Below, in pieces: positions 1 through 9,026 of a stretch of 37,015 nucleotides of DNA. The notes under the pieces are model-generated. The model saw nothing but the letters and a program-made list of their open reading frames with translations, had not been told where the DNA came from and did no database searches. Source of the DNA: Alphaproteobacteria bacterium (GTDB lineage Bacteria > Pseudomonadota > Alphaproteobacteria > UBA9219 > RFNS01); contig JAGOHT010000002.1 of assembly GCA_017996055.1 (NCBI GenBank), positions 1 through 37,015 of the forward strand, read 5' to 3'. Position 1 is the first letter of the stretch. Every line of letters begins with the position of its first letter. The position numbers were made by a program, and so were the translations under genes.

Positions 1-519
1 CAGCAGTCCGGGATTTTCTTGCAAAACCCTACCGGCACGCACCAGATCGCCTCGGCTTTCCTTATGCAGGCCACGGGCAGGCAAATCGCTCTCGCTCAGT
101 AGCTTGGCGACAGGAAAGGAAGCCACTGCGCGGGTATTGCTGGCCTTGTCGATATGCTCCTGCACGAGGCCGTTATAGAGCGTGGGGAGGGGGCCTTCGG
201 TTAGCTTCGGTGCGGCAAGGCGCGTGTAGGCAATGAAATCGTCCTGCGGAAAATAAACCTCAAGCCCACGCGCGATAAATCCATGCTGCCAGTTGAAGAA
301 GCGCTGAAAGACCTTATGATTGCCTTTTCCGTGCTCCGTCAGTGTCCGCATCGCGCGATGGAAGCGAACGAGGGGCGCCGCTCCCGGTGCCAGCTGTGTG
401 GGGTTGTTCAGAAAGAGCGCGACATCGCCCGCGACATCCGCAGGCGTCGGGTGTGGCGTCACCGCGCCGTTTGAAATGAGATTCGCGATAACGCGATCAA
501 TAATCGCCGTAGTGGACAA
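1..519 (-). CDS. hypothetical protein, N-terminal ~170 aa visible; the gene continues off the left edge
   Basis: The reverse frame is open from 543 to the window edge with GC-rich third positions. It reads EYELSTTAIIDRVIANLISNGAVTPHPTPADVAGDVALFLNNP...FFNWQHGFIARGLEVYFPQDDF. There is no ATG near the 5' end; TTG at 519-517 is the first plausible start. Family not recognised. Confidence 0.45.
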   Translation of the reverse strand, partial: MSTTAIIDRVIANLISNGAVTPHPTPADVAGDVALFLNNPTQLAPGAAPLVRFHRAMRTLTEHGKGNHKVFQRFFNWQHGFIARGLEVYFPQDDFIAYTRLAAPKLTEGPLPTLYNGLVQEHIDKASNTRAVASFPVAKLLSESDLPARGLHKESRGDLVRAGRVLQENPGLL

Positions 520-652
520 TTCATACTCGGTGAATGTTGTTTTTTACAATGCTGCGAATATTTCTACAGAAATGTTGGCTTTTACCTAGAAACTAAAAAA
601 CTGACCGTTTTTTTTGGTTAATGGCCGGCTGCCTGTAGTCGTCTCATTTTCT

Positions 653-661
653 TGTGGATAA
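653..661 (-). promoter_or_regulatory. DnaA box (TTATCCACA read on the minus strand)
   Basis: Exact 9-mer TGTGGATAA, the reverse complement of TTATCCACA. It is part of the 12-bp arm TGTGGATAAGCG (653-664). Confidence 0.55.
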
Positions 662-695
662 GCGCGTCGTACATCAAACCACATCTTGTGTTCGC

Positions 696-704
696 TTATC
701 CACA
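696..704 (+). promoter_or_regulatory. DnaA box (TTATCCACA)
   Basis: Exact 9-mer TTATCCACA. It is part of the 12-bp arm CGCTTATCCACA (693-704), the perfect reverse complement of 653-664, with a 28-nt spacer. Confidence 0.55.
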
Positions 705-818
705 CTCTTACAGAATATAGCGTTGCGTTTCCGGAATCATCCCGTGTCCTTTGCCGCTCCCGCGGCGTGCCTGCACCCGCCAGGCCGGGGTGAAGCCAAG
801 TAGGGAAGGGGCTTCGCT

Positions 819-3800
819 TTGCGTATCCAACGTCTCACCACGGTTGCCCAGGAAGATGTTTATGCCCGCATCTCGTTCGTCACGGCGGATGTCGAGTTGA
901 CTGATGTCTCTGGCGCGGTGACGACGCTAACTGGCGTTGAAATCCCCGCCGACTGGTCGCATGGCGCGGTCAGTGCGCTTCTAGCGCAGGGGCTGTGCCG
1001 CAGCGGTGTGCCACAAAAGCTAAAAGCGGTTGAGGAAAACACGGTGCCGAACTGGCTCTGGCGCTGTGTGCCCTCCGATGTGGCGGAGGCTGAAACTGCT
1101 CGTGGGGCGGAACAAAGCTGCAAAAGTCTGTTTGACCGTGTGGCCGGTGCGCTGACTTATACCGGCTGGAAGGCTGGCTATTTCAAGGCTGAGGCCGATG
1201 CGCAGGCTTTTTACGATGAGTGGCGCTATCTCCTGGCGACCCAGCGCTTGGCGCTCCCTGCCGCCTGCTGGGCTGAGTTGGGGCTCGGTTGGGCTTACGG
1301 TTTTGAGGGGCGCGCGGGCGAGGGCGTGTGGATTGACCCGCGCAGCGGGCGCATTCGTGTGCGTCCCTTGGCTCATCTCAATCCGGATATTCTCGAATTC
1401 ATCGGAGGCAAAGAAGGGCCCGCACTCTTGGCGCCGGACGATCCCGCGCTGGCTGCCAAGCTGGGGGCGCAGGAAATTGCGGCGGCGCAGGTGACCGCGC
1501 AAACGCTTGGCACCCGACTGCTGCAGCAAGCGCTGGATACGCTGTATGACGCGGTTGGCACCGCACAGGCCGAAGCCGCGCTTGCTGCCTCACGGCAACA
1601 GGGCATCAGCGAACGTTTATTGGAGACGACTCTGGAGCGCGCTGCGCTTGGCCAACCGGCATTGCAACTGCCGGTGCCGCAGCCGGCGCCAGAATGTTTG
1701 GAGCGGTCTGTGCCTGGCAGTTTTGTTCCCTATCGTGATGAGGCTGATGACCCATCTGTGCTCAGGGCGCTCTATCATTATAACGAGCCCGGCCTGCTCT
1801 TGCCGCAAGCGTTGAAAGAATGGAGCAGCGCGCCCGGTGCGGCGGAAAGCGGGCTAAGCGCCAGCGGCGCAGCTCTGCTGCCGCTGCATTGCGGTCTGGC
1901 GCGCGCCACGCTGAATTTGTTGCCCTTCGTGCGCGCGGCGGAAGATGGCGGCGGTTTTGACCAGGCCGGTTTCGCTCATGCCGTGCGGTTGACCGCCATC
2001 GCGCTCGATATTCTGCTACAGCACGTGGGCTATCCTGATGAGCTCAGCGCGCGCCGCACATTGGCGCGGCGACCTTTGGCGCTTGGTTACAATAATCTGG
2101 CTTCGACCCTGCTGGCGCTTGGCTGTGCTTATGATAGCGCGGCGGGGCGCGCTATGGCGGGTGCCATAACGGCGTTGCTCGGCGGTATTGTGGCGACGAC
2201 GTCTGGCGAACTTGCGGCGGCGCATGGCGTGGCGGAGGATTTCCCCGAACAGCGCGAAGCCGTGCTGCGGGTCATGCGGAATCAGCGCCGCGCTGCCTAT
2301 GGCGAGACGTCGGGCTTTGAGGGGCTAAGCTTGGTGCCCGCAGGCCTGCAGCTGAGCGATTGTCCAGATTTGGCGCTGGTCGCCGCTGTGCGTCGTGCCT
2401 GGGATCAGGCGGTCGAGACGACGCATACGGTGGGGCTACGTAATTTACACCGTGTGGCGCTTGATGCCGACCGGTCACTTGCGTTGCCGGTCGATGCCTT
2501 TACGGCGGGCATTTTGCCGCTCCCAGCGCTGGTGGAAGAAGCGCAGACCGGTGCGGAAAGTTTTGCGCTGCGCCCGCTGCCCGCGCTGCTGGAGGTGCTG
2601 AATAGTCTGGGCTATGATCCGGCTGACCAGCAGGTAATTGTGGCGCAACTCATTGGGCATCGCAGCTTGCGCGGGGCACCCTGCATCAACCACGCCACGC
2701 TGCGCGAACGCGGCCTTGACGACGCCATGCTGGCGCGGTTGGAAGCCGCCTTGGCCGAAGCTGCCGATGTGCGCTTTGCCGCCCATCCGTGGGTATTGGG
2801 GCAAGCAGCCTGTGCCAAACAATTCGGCCTGTCCGATGCTGAATGCGAGGACCCTACGTTCGATTTTCTCGGTAAGCTCGGCTTTAGTGCGGCAGAAATC
2901 GCCGCCGCCAATGGCTATTGCTGTGGCGGCACCGCGCCCGATAAAATACTGGGGCTGCAGCCGGAACATCGCGCGCTCGTCGCCTGTCTGGATAGCGCCG
3001 GTATGGGCGGTCTGAGCCCCGTTGCGGTCTTGCGTATGGCGGCCGCGATGCAGCCCTTCACGGATGGGTTGGTCGTTGCACCGCTGGCCTTGCCGGCTTT
3101 GGCGTCCGAAGCTGATGTCAGGACGTTGCGCAAGACCGCAGTGGAAATCGGACTGAAGAATTTTATCCTGCAGCGCGCGGCTGCGCCAGCGCAGCCTGTC
3201 GCCCTGCTTGATGAAGCGCTGCGCTTGCCCAAGGTTGAGCATGCCGTCGCGCCGCTGCCTGCCATGCCGACGCAATTACGCGAGCGGTTGCCAGATCGGC
3301 GCAAGGGCTATACGCAGAAGGCGATTGTCGGCGGGCATAAGGTCTATCTCCGCACGGGCGAGTATGAAGATGGCGGCCTTGGCGAAATTTTCATAGATAT
3401 GCATAAAGAAGGTGCAAGCTTCCGATCGCTGATGAATAATTTTGCCATCGCCGTCTCGCTGGGGCTGCAGCATGGTGTGCCGCTGGAGGAATTCGTCGAA
3501 GCCTTTACCTTCACGCGCTTCGAGCCTTCCGGCGTAGTGGAGGGTAATGAGGCCATAAAGATGGCGACCTCTGTGCTTGATTATGTGTTCCGCGAGTTGG
3601 CGGTGTCTTATTTGGGGCGAACGGACCTGGCTCATGCTGCGCCGCAGGATTTGCTACCCGATGCGCTTGGCCACGGGCATCGTGAGGGCAATCTTGGCCA
3701 GGCGGAGGCGCTCAATATGGTGCGGCGGGTGGCCAGCAACGGCTATGTCCGTTCGAACTTTCGGGTCTCGAATAGCGGCATCAGCGACGGGGCACGGCTC

Positions 3801-3863
3801 AAGGTGCGGATTAGCGGTACGGAACCAGCCACCACGGTCGAACCGTTGCCACCAAGCCATTAA
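819..3863 (+). CDS. nrdJ: class II (B12-dependent) ribonucleotide reductase homologue, NrdJ-like; canonical radical-site motif not detected
   Basis: 1014-aa ORF with a TTG start. The N-terminus MRIQRL...GVEIPADWSHGAVSALLAQ, internal blocks LALGYNNLASTLLALGCAYDSAAGRAMAGAITALL and GAPCINHATL, and the C-terminal block RRKGYTQKAIVGGHKVYLRTGEYEDGGLGEIFIDMHKEGASFRSLMNNFAIAVSLGLQHGVPLEEFVEAFTFTRFEPSG are typical of long alphaproteobacterial NrdJ. No N-x-C-x-E motif is present (see findings). Confidence 0.85.
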   Translation: MRIQRLTTVAQEDVYARISFVTADVELTDVSGAVTTLTGVEIPADWSHGAVSALLAQGLCRSGVPQKLKAVEENTVPNWLWRCVPSDVAEAETARGAEQSCKSLFDRVAGALTYTGWKAGYFKAEADAQAFYDEWRYLLATQRLALPAACWAELGLGWAYGFEGRAGEGVWIDPRSGRIRVRPLAHLNPDILEFIGGKEGPALLAPDDPALAAKLGAQEIAAAQVTAQTLGTRLLQQALDTLYDAVGTAQAEAALAASRQQGISERLLETTLERAALGQPALQLPVPQPAPECLERSVPGSFVPYRDEADDPSVLRALYHYNEPGLLLPQALKEWSSAPGAAESGLSASGAALLPLHCGLARATLNLLPFVRAAEDGGGFDQAGFAHAVRLTAIALDILLQHVGYPDELSARRTLARRPLALGYNNLASTLLALGCAYDSAAGRAMAGAITALLGGIVATTSGELAAAHGVAEDFPEQREAVLRVMRNQRRAAYGETSGFEGLSLVPAGLQLSDCPDLALVAAVRRAWDQAVETTHTVGLRNLHRVALDADRSLALPVDAFTAGILPLPALVEEAQTGAESFALRPLPALLEVLNSLGYDPADQQVIVAQLIGHRSLRGAPCINHATLRERGLDDAMLARLEAALAEAADVRFAAHPWVLGQAACAKQFGLSDAECEDPTFDFLGKLGFSAAEIAAANGYCCGGTAPDKILGLQPEHRALVACLDSAGMGGLSPVAVLRMAAAMQPFTDGLVVAPLALPALASEADVRTLRKTAVEIGLKNFILQRAAAPAQPVALLDEALRLPKVEHAVAPLPAMPTQLRERLPDRRKGYTQKAIVGGHKVYLRTGEYEDGGLGEIFIDMHKEGASFRSLMNNFAIAVSLGLQHGVPLEEFVEAFTFTRFEPSGVVEGNEAIKMATSVLDYVFRELAVSYLGRTDLAHAAPQDLLPDALGHGHREGNLGQAEALNMVRRVASNGYVRSNFRVSNSGISDGARLKVRISGTEPATTVEPLPPSH

Positions 3864-4014
3864 GCCGCCGTATTTTAACCATGCTCAGGCTTTAGGCTCG
3901 AAAATGCATCAGTTATCAACAGTTTCCTGCCTTGCAGGCACTTGGTATGGTGCTGAAGCTGTTGAGCCGGAAGCGGAAATGCCGCTAAAATCACGGAATT
4001 AAGGGAGAATCACT

Positions 4015-4707
4015 ATGATGATGACACGCCGGATAATGTTGGGTTGCGCGGCATTGGTCGTTGCTGTTTTGGCTTTCGCGTCGGACGCAGATGCGCTGAC
4101 ACCGGATGAAGCCGCAGCGCTGCCAGACCGTGTGTTGGGCAAGGCCGAAGCGCCGGTGACAATCATTGAGTATGCCTCGCTGACCTGTGGGCACTGCGCC
4201 ATGTTTCAGGAAAAGACTCTGCCGCAGCTGAAGGAGAAATATATCGAGACCGGCAAGGTTAAGATGATCTACCGCGATTATCCAATCGATGGTCCGGCGC
4301 TCAAGGCTGCAGCCGTAGCGCGCTGTATGCCGGAGAGCAGCTACCATGCCTATATCACGTTGCTCTTCAAGAACCAGAGTAACTGGGCGCATGAGGATGA
4401 TTTGGCAAAGACGTTGGGGCAATATGCGCGCCTGGGCGGACTGGGGCAAGCCGATGTGGATGCTTGTATCAAGAGCGACAAGCTGATGGATGCGATTGCC
4501 GATGGCCGCTTGAAAGCCGATAAGCTCTATAAGGTTGAATCGACGCCGACCTTTATCTTAAACGAAGGCAAGGACAAGGTTGAGGGTGCGCTGCCCTTCG
4601 AGCAATTTGCCGCCAAGATTGATGCTCTGCTCGCCACCACAACAGCACCCGTAGCTAAGCCGGAGCTGAAGGTGGAAGAAAAACCGAAAACTGACGGCAA
4701 GAAATAA
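4015..4707 (+). CDS. DsbA-family thiol:disulfide oxidoreductase, secreted
   Basis: AGGGAG RBS upstream. Signal-peptide-like N-terminus MMMTRRIMLGCAALVVAVLAFASDADA. Thioredoxin-fold active site SLTCGHCAMF (CxxC). Lys/Glu-rich C-terminal tail. Confidence 0.9.
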   Translation: MMMTRRIMLGCAALVVAVLAFASDADALTPDEAAALPDRVLGKAEAPVTIIEYASLTCGHCAMFQEKTLPQLKEKYIETGKVKMIYRDYPIDGPALKAAAVARCMPESSYHAYITLLFKNQSNWAHEDDLAKTLGQYARLGGLGQADVDACIKSDKLMDAIADGRLKADKLYKVESTPTFILNEGKDKVEGALPFEQFAAKIDALLATTTAPVAKPELKVEEKPKTDGKK

Positions 4708-4715
4708 GGTTCAGT

Positions 4716-7700
4716 ATGCTGCATTTCACCAAGCTCAAGCTACACGGCTTCAAGTCTTTCGTTGATAAGACGGAGCTGGTGATTGGTCCGGGGATGACGG
4801 GGATTGTCGGGCCGAATGGTTGCGGGAAGTCGAACCTCGTCGAAGCCTTACGGTGGGTGATGGGTGAAACCGCGCCGAAGCGGATGCGCGGCAGCGCGAT
4901 GGACGATGTCATCTTCGGCGGCACGACCTTGCGTCCGGCGCGCAATCTGGCGGAAGTGTCGCTGGAACTTGACAACGCCACACGTGCAGTGATGGCTGAG
5001 TTCAATCACGATGATAAAATCGAGGTCACACGGCAAATCGAGCGTGGTGGTGGTTCGGACTATAAGGTCAACACGCGTCCGGTGCGGCAGCGTGATGTGC
5101 AGTTGCTGTTTGCAGATTGCGCGACCGGGGCACATTCCACCAGTCTGGTCGGTCAAGGCCAGATTGATGCGCTCATTCGCGCCAAGCCGCAGGAACGGCG
5201 GCAGATTCTGGAAGAAGCCTCCGGCACGGCGGGGCTGCAGGCACGGCGGCACGAGGCAGAGCTCAAGCTGCGGGCGGCGGAACAGAATCTGACACGGCTT
5301 GATGATGTTTTGGGCGCGCTGGAAACCCAGCTGCGCAGCTTGAAAACGCAGGTGCGACAGGCTTCGCGTTACCGCAACCTTGCCGACCATATACGGCGCA
5401 CAGAAGCGGCGTTGGCGCATTTGCGCTGGGTGACGGCCGAGCAGCAGACCGAGCAGAGTCATGCGGCGTGTCGCGCGGCGGAAACGCGTGTGAATGAGTT
5501 GCTCGCTGTTGTGACGCGCAGCACGACGGAACGCACCGAAGCCGCGACCGTGTTGCCGGCTTTGCGGCAGGCCGAGGCGGTTGCTGCTGCAGCGGTGCAG
5601 CGTTTGCTCATCGCGCGCGAACAGCTGGAATCCGAACAGCGCCGCGTGGCGCAGGAAACCGAGCAGCAGCAGCAGCGTTTGCAACAGGCGCAGACTGATA
5701 AAGCGCGTGAAGAACATTTGCAGCAGGATGCCCAGCAGGCGCTGGCGACACTCGCGGCGGAGCAGGAGCGCGTTACTGAGCAACGGGCGCAGCTTGAGAC
5801 GGAGATGCCGACGCTACAAAGTAGTCTTGATGATATCACCCAAGTGGTGGATACGCTGGAACAAGGGCTGCAGGCGCTTATTCAGGAGATTGCCGCAGCC
5901 GAGTCTAAGCAAAAAGCTTTGCACCAGACGATAGCGACGCTGGAAGAACGTCGTCGCACGCTCCAGCAAAGGCGCGCCGACTTTATCGCGCAGCGCGATC
6001 AGCTGGAAGCGGATCAAGCGACGCGGCCTGACTTGGTTTTGGCGCAGGCGATGATTGACGCCTGTGAGCAGGATGTTGCCAAGCGTCTGGAGCAAGTTGC
6101 AAATGCTGAAGGCGCGCAGGAGACGGCTGAAGCCGCGCATGGCGCGGCGCGCACAACGGTGCAGGAGCGCGAGACGCAAGCCACCAAGTTGCAGGCGGAA
6201 GCCGATGCATTGGGCGCGCTGCTGCAGCCGCCGCATGATAGCCAGCCGGTGCTTGATTTGGTGCAGGTAGCGCCGGGGTTGGAAACCGCGTTGGCTGGGG
6301 CGCTCGGCGAAGCGCTGACCGCGCCGCTTGATACTGAGGCTGCGACGCACTGGCGTGCTTTGCCACCCTTGGCGCAATCCCCGACGTTGCCCTATGGCTG
6401 CACGCCGTTGGCGGCGCTGGTGCAGGCACCGCCTGCCTTGGCGCGCGCCTTGCAGCAAATCGGGCTGGTTGAAAGCGACGACGAAGGCCAGGTGATGGCG
6501 GCAACGCTGCAGCCGGGACAAATTCTGGTTAGCCGAAGTGGCTGGGCCTGGCGCTGGGATGGCTTTACCGTCACGCCGCGCGCGCCGACGACGACGGCGG
6601 TGCGGCTGCAGCAGCGCAACCGGTTGCAAGCCTTGCAGTCTGAGATTGCTGCAGCGCAAATAAAGGTGATGAGCGCGAAGGAAACCTTCGCTACGGCAGA
6701 GCAAGAACGTACTAAGGCGTTGCAGATGTTGCAGGATGCACGGCAGGCGCAGCAGCAGGCCTATAAGGCGCTGAACGATGCGCGCCAGCACCATGCGCGT
6801 CATGCTCAGGCTGCTGCGGCGACTATGAGCAAACTGGCCGGTCTGGCAGATGCGCTCGCGCATCTGGAACAGGATGAAGCCGGATTGCAACATCAACAGG
6901 TGCAGGCGCAGACGGAAATTACCGAATTACCAGATACGGCGGCTATGCGGCAGGAACAGGATGCCAAGCGGTTGCATCTAGCCGAACAGCGTCAGGTACA
7001 GATTGAACGGCGCAGCAAGCGCGAAACAGCGGCGCAGGCCTTGCGGAGCCTGGAAGCACGGTTACAGCAGGTGGTCGGGGATACCAATAGCTGGCGCAAC
7101 CGCACGGCGGCGGCGGAAAAACATATTGCAACGCTCGCCAACCGCATCACGGAGCTGGAGGCTGTGCTAGTAGCTCTGGCCGAGAAGCCGACGCAATTGG
7201 TGGAGCAACGTGCGACATTGCTTGATGAATCAACGGCGGCGGAAACCGTGCGTTCGGCTGCGACTGACGAGCTGCTGCGCGCTGAACAGGCTCTGACAGC
7301 AATTGAGCAGCGCTTGAAGCGCGATGAAAATGAGTTGGTTGATGCGCGTGAAGATCGTGTGCGTGCCGAGGCTGCTGTCACGGCGGCGCAGGAGCATTGC
7401 CGTGTTCTGACCGAGAGCATTGCCGAAAAGTTGAACTGCGCGCCTACAGATGTGCTGCCACTTGCCGAACTCGATCCCGCCGTGCCAATGCCGGAGATGA
7501 GCGGGCTGGAGGAACAACTGGCGCGCTATGTGCGTGAACGCGACGCCATGGGGCCGGTTAATTTGCGCGCTGAGGTTGAAGCCGAGACGGTTGAGGCTGA
7601 TCGCAACAAGTTACAGGCGGAGAAGGACGATCTGGTTTCGGCCATCGCCAAGCTGCGTCAGGGCATCGGCCAGCTGAACAAAGAAGCGCGCGAACGGCTG

Positions 7701-8207
7701 CAGGAAGCTTTCCAGAAGGTCGATACGAACTTCCAGACATTGTTTACGCGTCTGTTCAGTGGCGGTAAGGCGCACCTGCAGCTTCTCAATGCCGAAGACC
7801 CGCTGGAAGCGGGCTTGGAGATTTTCGCAGCACCGCCGGGCAAGAAGGTGCAAATTCTTTCGCTGCTATCGGGCGGTGAGCGGACGCTGACGGCGCTGGC
7901 GCTGCTCTTCGCGGTGTTCCAGACCAACCCTTCGCCCATCTGCGTGCTCGACGAAGCGGAGGCGGCGCTCGATGAAGGCAATGTTGACCGCTTCTGTAAT
8001 TTGGTCGCCGATATTGCGCGCGAGACCAGCACACGCTTTCTGGTCATTACCCACCAGCGTTTGACGATGGCGCGGATGGACAGGCTCTTCGGTGTGACGA
8101 TGAGCGAGAAGGGTGTGTCGCAGCTGGTTTCGGTCGATCTAAGCCAGGCGGAAGCCGTGCGTGACGGTGTCGTGCCGGATAATCTTGACCTCGCGGCGGC
8201 GGAGTAG
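4716..8207 (+). CDS. smc: chromosome segregation protein SMC
   Basis: 1163 aa. N-terminal Walker A FKSFVDKTELVIGPGMTGIVGPNGCGKSNLVEALRWVMGE, a long Q/A/E/R-rich coiled coil, the C-terminal signature LSGGERTLTALALLFAVF and Walker B ICVLDEAEAALD. Confidence 0.97.
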   Translation: MLHFTKLKLHGFKSFVDKTELVIGPGMTGIVGPNGCGKSNLVEALRWVMGETAPKRMRGSAMDDVIFGGTTLRPARNLAEVSLELDNATRAVMAEFNHDDKIEVTRQIERGGGSDYKVNTRPVRQRDVQLLFADCATGAHSTSLVGQGQIDALIRAKPQERRQILEEASGTAGLQARRHEAELKLRAAEQNLTRLDDVLGALETQLRSLKTQVRQASRYRNLADHIRRTEAALAHLRWVTAEQQTEQSHAACRAAETRVNELLAVVTRSTTERTEAATVLPALRQAEAVAAAAVQRLLIAREQLESEQRRVAQETEQQQQRLQQAQTDKAREEHLQQDAQQALATLAAEQERVTEQRAQLETEMPTLQSSLDDITQVVDTLEQGLQALIQEIAAAESKQKALHQTIATLEERRRTLQQRRADFIAQRDQLEADQATRPDLVLAQAMIDACEQDVAKRLEQVANAEGAQETAEAAHGAARTTVQERETQATKLQAEADALGALLQPPHDSQPVLDLVQVAPGLETALAGALGEALTAPLDTEAATHWRALPPLAQSPTLPYGCTPLAALVQAPPALARALQQIGLVESDDEGQVMAATLQPGQILVSRSGWAWRWDGFTVTPRAPTTTAVRLQQRNRLQALQSEIAAAQIKVMSAKETFATAEQERTKALQMLQDARQAQQQAYKALNDARQHHARHAQAAAATMSKLAGLADALAHLEQDEAGLQHQQVQAQTEITELPDTAAMRQEQDAKRLHLAEQRQVQIERRSKRETAAQALRSLEARLQQVVGDTNSWRNRTAAAEKHIATLANRITELEAVLVALAEKPTQLVEQRATLLDESTAAETVRSAATDELLRAEQALTAIEQRLKRDENELVDAREDRVRAEAAVTAAQEHCRVLTESIAEKLNCAPTDVLPLAELDPAVPMPEMSGLEEQLARYVRERDAMGPVNLRAEVEAETVEADRNKLQAEKDDLVSAIAKLRQGIGQLNKEARERLQEAFQKVDTNFQTLFTRLFSGGKAHLQLLNAEDPLEAGLEIFAAPPGKKVQILSLLSGGERTLTALALLFAVFQTNPSPICVLDEAEAALDEGNVDRFCNLVADIARETSTRFLVITHQRLTMARMDRLFGVTMSEKGVSQLVSVDLSQAEAVRDGVVPDNLDLAAAE

Positions 8208-8210
8208 CGG

Positions 8211-8972
8211 TTAAGGTTTTTTTGGTAGCCGCGCCATGAAGCCGTCCGTCCAGGCGGGCGGTAAGGTAGCCAGGAGTTTGACAGCGGCATAAAGCGGGAA
8301 GGGGAAGGCAATCCGCGCGCGGTTTTGCGCCAGCCCCAGCTGAATAATACGCGCTGCTTTTTCAGCCGACATGATGAACGGCATTGGGAATTTGTTCACT
8401 GCCGTCATCGGCGTCTTGATATAGCCTGGGCATATCACCGAGACTTCAATGCCTGTTGCCATGAGTTCGCCGCGCAGGGCTTCGCCATACAGCCGCACAG
8501 CAGCCTTGCTGGCGGAATAGGCTGGCGCGCTGGGCAAACCACGAAAGCCGGCGAGTGACGCCATCAACGCAATCTGCCCTTTGCCGCGCGCGCGCATCGC
8601 GGGCAGGGCAGCATGGACGGTATTAACGACGCCCTGCACGTTAACGGAGAAAATGGCTGCCGCCTGTTCGCGGTTTTCGCCGCCGCTGCCGGTGCCTGCC
8701 GAAATACCGGCATTAGCGATGACAAGGTCAAGCGGGGCTATGGCGGCGCGGGCAGTCAGCCAGGCTTGCTGGCCGGCAGCATCGGTGACATCGCCACTAT
8801 GGATATCAACCGTCGCGCCGTGGGCGCGCACACGGTCGGCAACATGCGCCAGTCGCTGTGCATCACGGCCATGCAGCGAAAGCACGGTGCCATTATAGCC
8901 ATAGGCCAGCGCCAGGGCGGCACCCAGGCCGCTCGAGGCGCCGGTGATGGCGATATGTTTAGGATTTTGCAT
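8211..8972 (-). CDS. SDR-family oxidoreductase
   Basis: 253 aa. N-terminal Rossmann motif IAITGASSGLGAALA, and YSASK (YxxxK) catalytic motif. Convergent with smc, with a 3-nt gap. Confidence 0.88.
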   Translation of the reverse strand: MQNPKHIAITGASSGLGAALALAYGYNGTVLSLHGRDAQRLAHVADRVRAHGATVDIHSGDVTDAAGQQAWLTARAAIAPLDLVIANAGISAGTGSGGENREQAAAIFSVNVQGVVNTVHAALPAMRARGKGQIALMASLAGFRGLPSAPAYSASKAAVRLYGEALRGELMATGIEVSVICPGYIKTPMTAVNKFPMPFIMSAEKAARIIQLGLAQNRARIAFPFPLYAAVKLLATLPPAWTDGFMARLPKKP

Positions 8973-9026
8973 GGCACCCGAAAGCGGTTATATATGAGGC
9001 AATTGTCATAGCAGTTCTTTGAGACC

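Noticed and set aside
600-818. Cobalamin riboswitch or NrdR boxes in the leader of the NrdJ-like gene
   Set aside because: I could not recognise a B12-box or the GCCACTG core. The best NrdR-like match (about 709-724, ACAGAATATAGCGT-type) fits only about 11/16 consensus positions, with no properly spaced second box. An Infernal/Rfam scan would settle it.
540-820. Chromosomal replication origin (because of the two consensus DnaA boxes)
   Set aside because: There are only two boxes, no cluster of additional boxes, no adjacent AT-rich unwinding repeats, and no typical origin-flanking genes. A promoter-level regulatory site is more likely.
2475-3275. 266-aa minus-strand ORF, along with other 100-170-aa ORFs on both strands inside 860-3860
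   Set aside because: They lie entirely inside or antisense to the NrdJ-like gene. They are Arg/Ala/Gly/Pro-rich translations typical of shadow frames in GC-rich DNA, with no RBS or motif.
4848-6896. 311-aa and 360-aa minus-strand ORFs (4848..5783 and 5814..6896), and 7658..8311
   Set aside because: They are antisense to smc, low-complexity and Arg/Gln/Leu-rich. Such long stop-free frames are expected antisense to a GC-rich, repetitive coiled-coil coding region such as smc.
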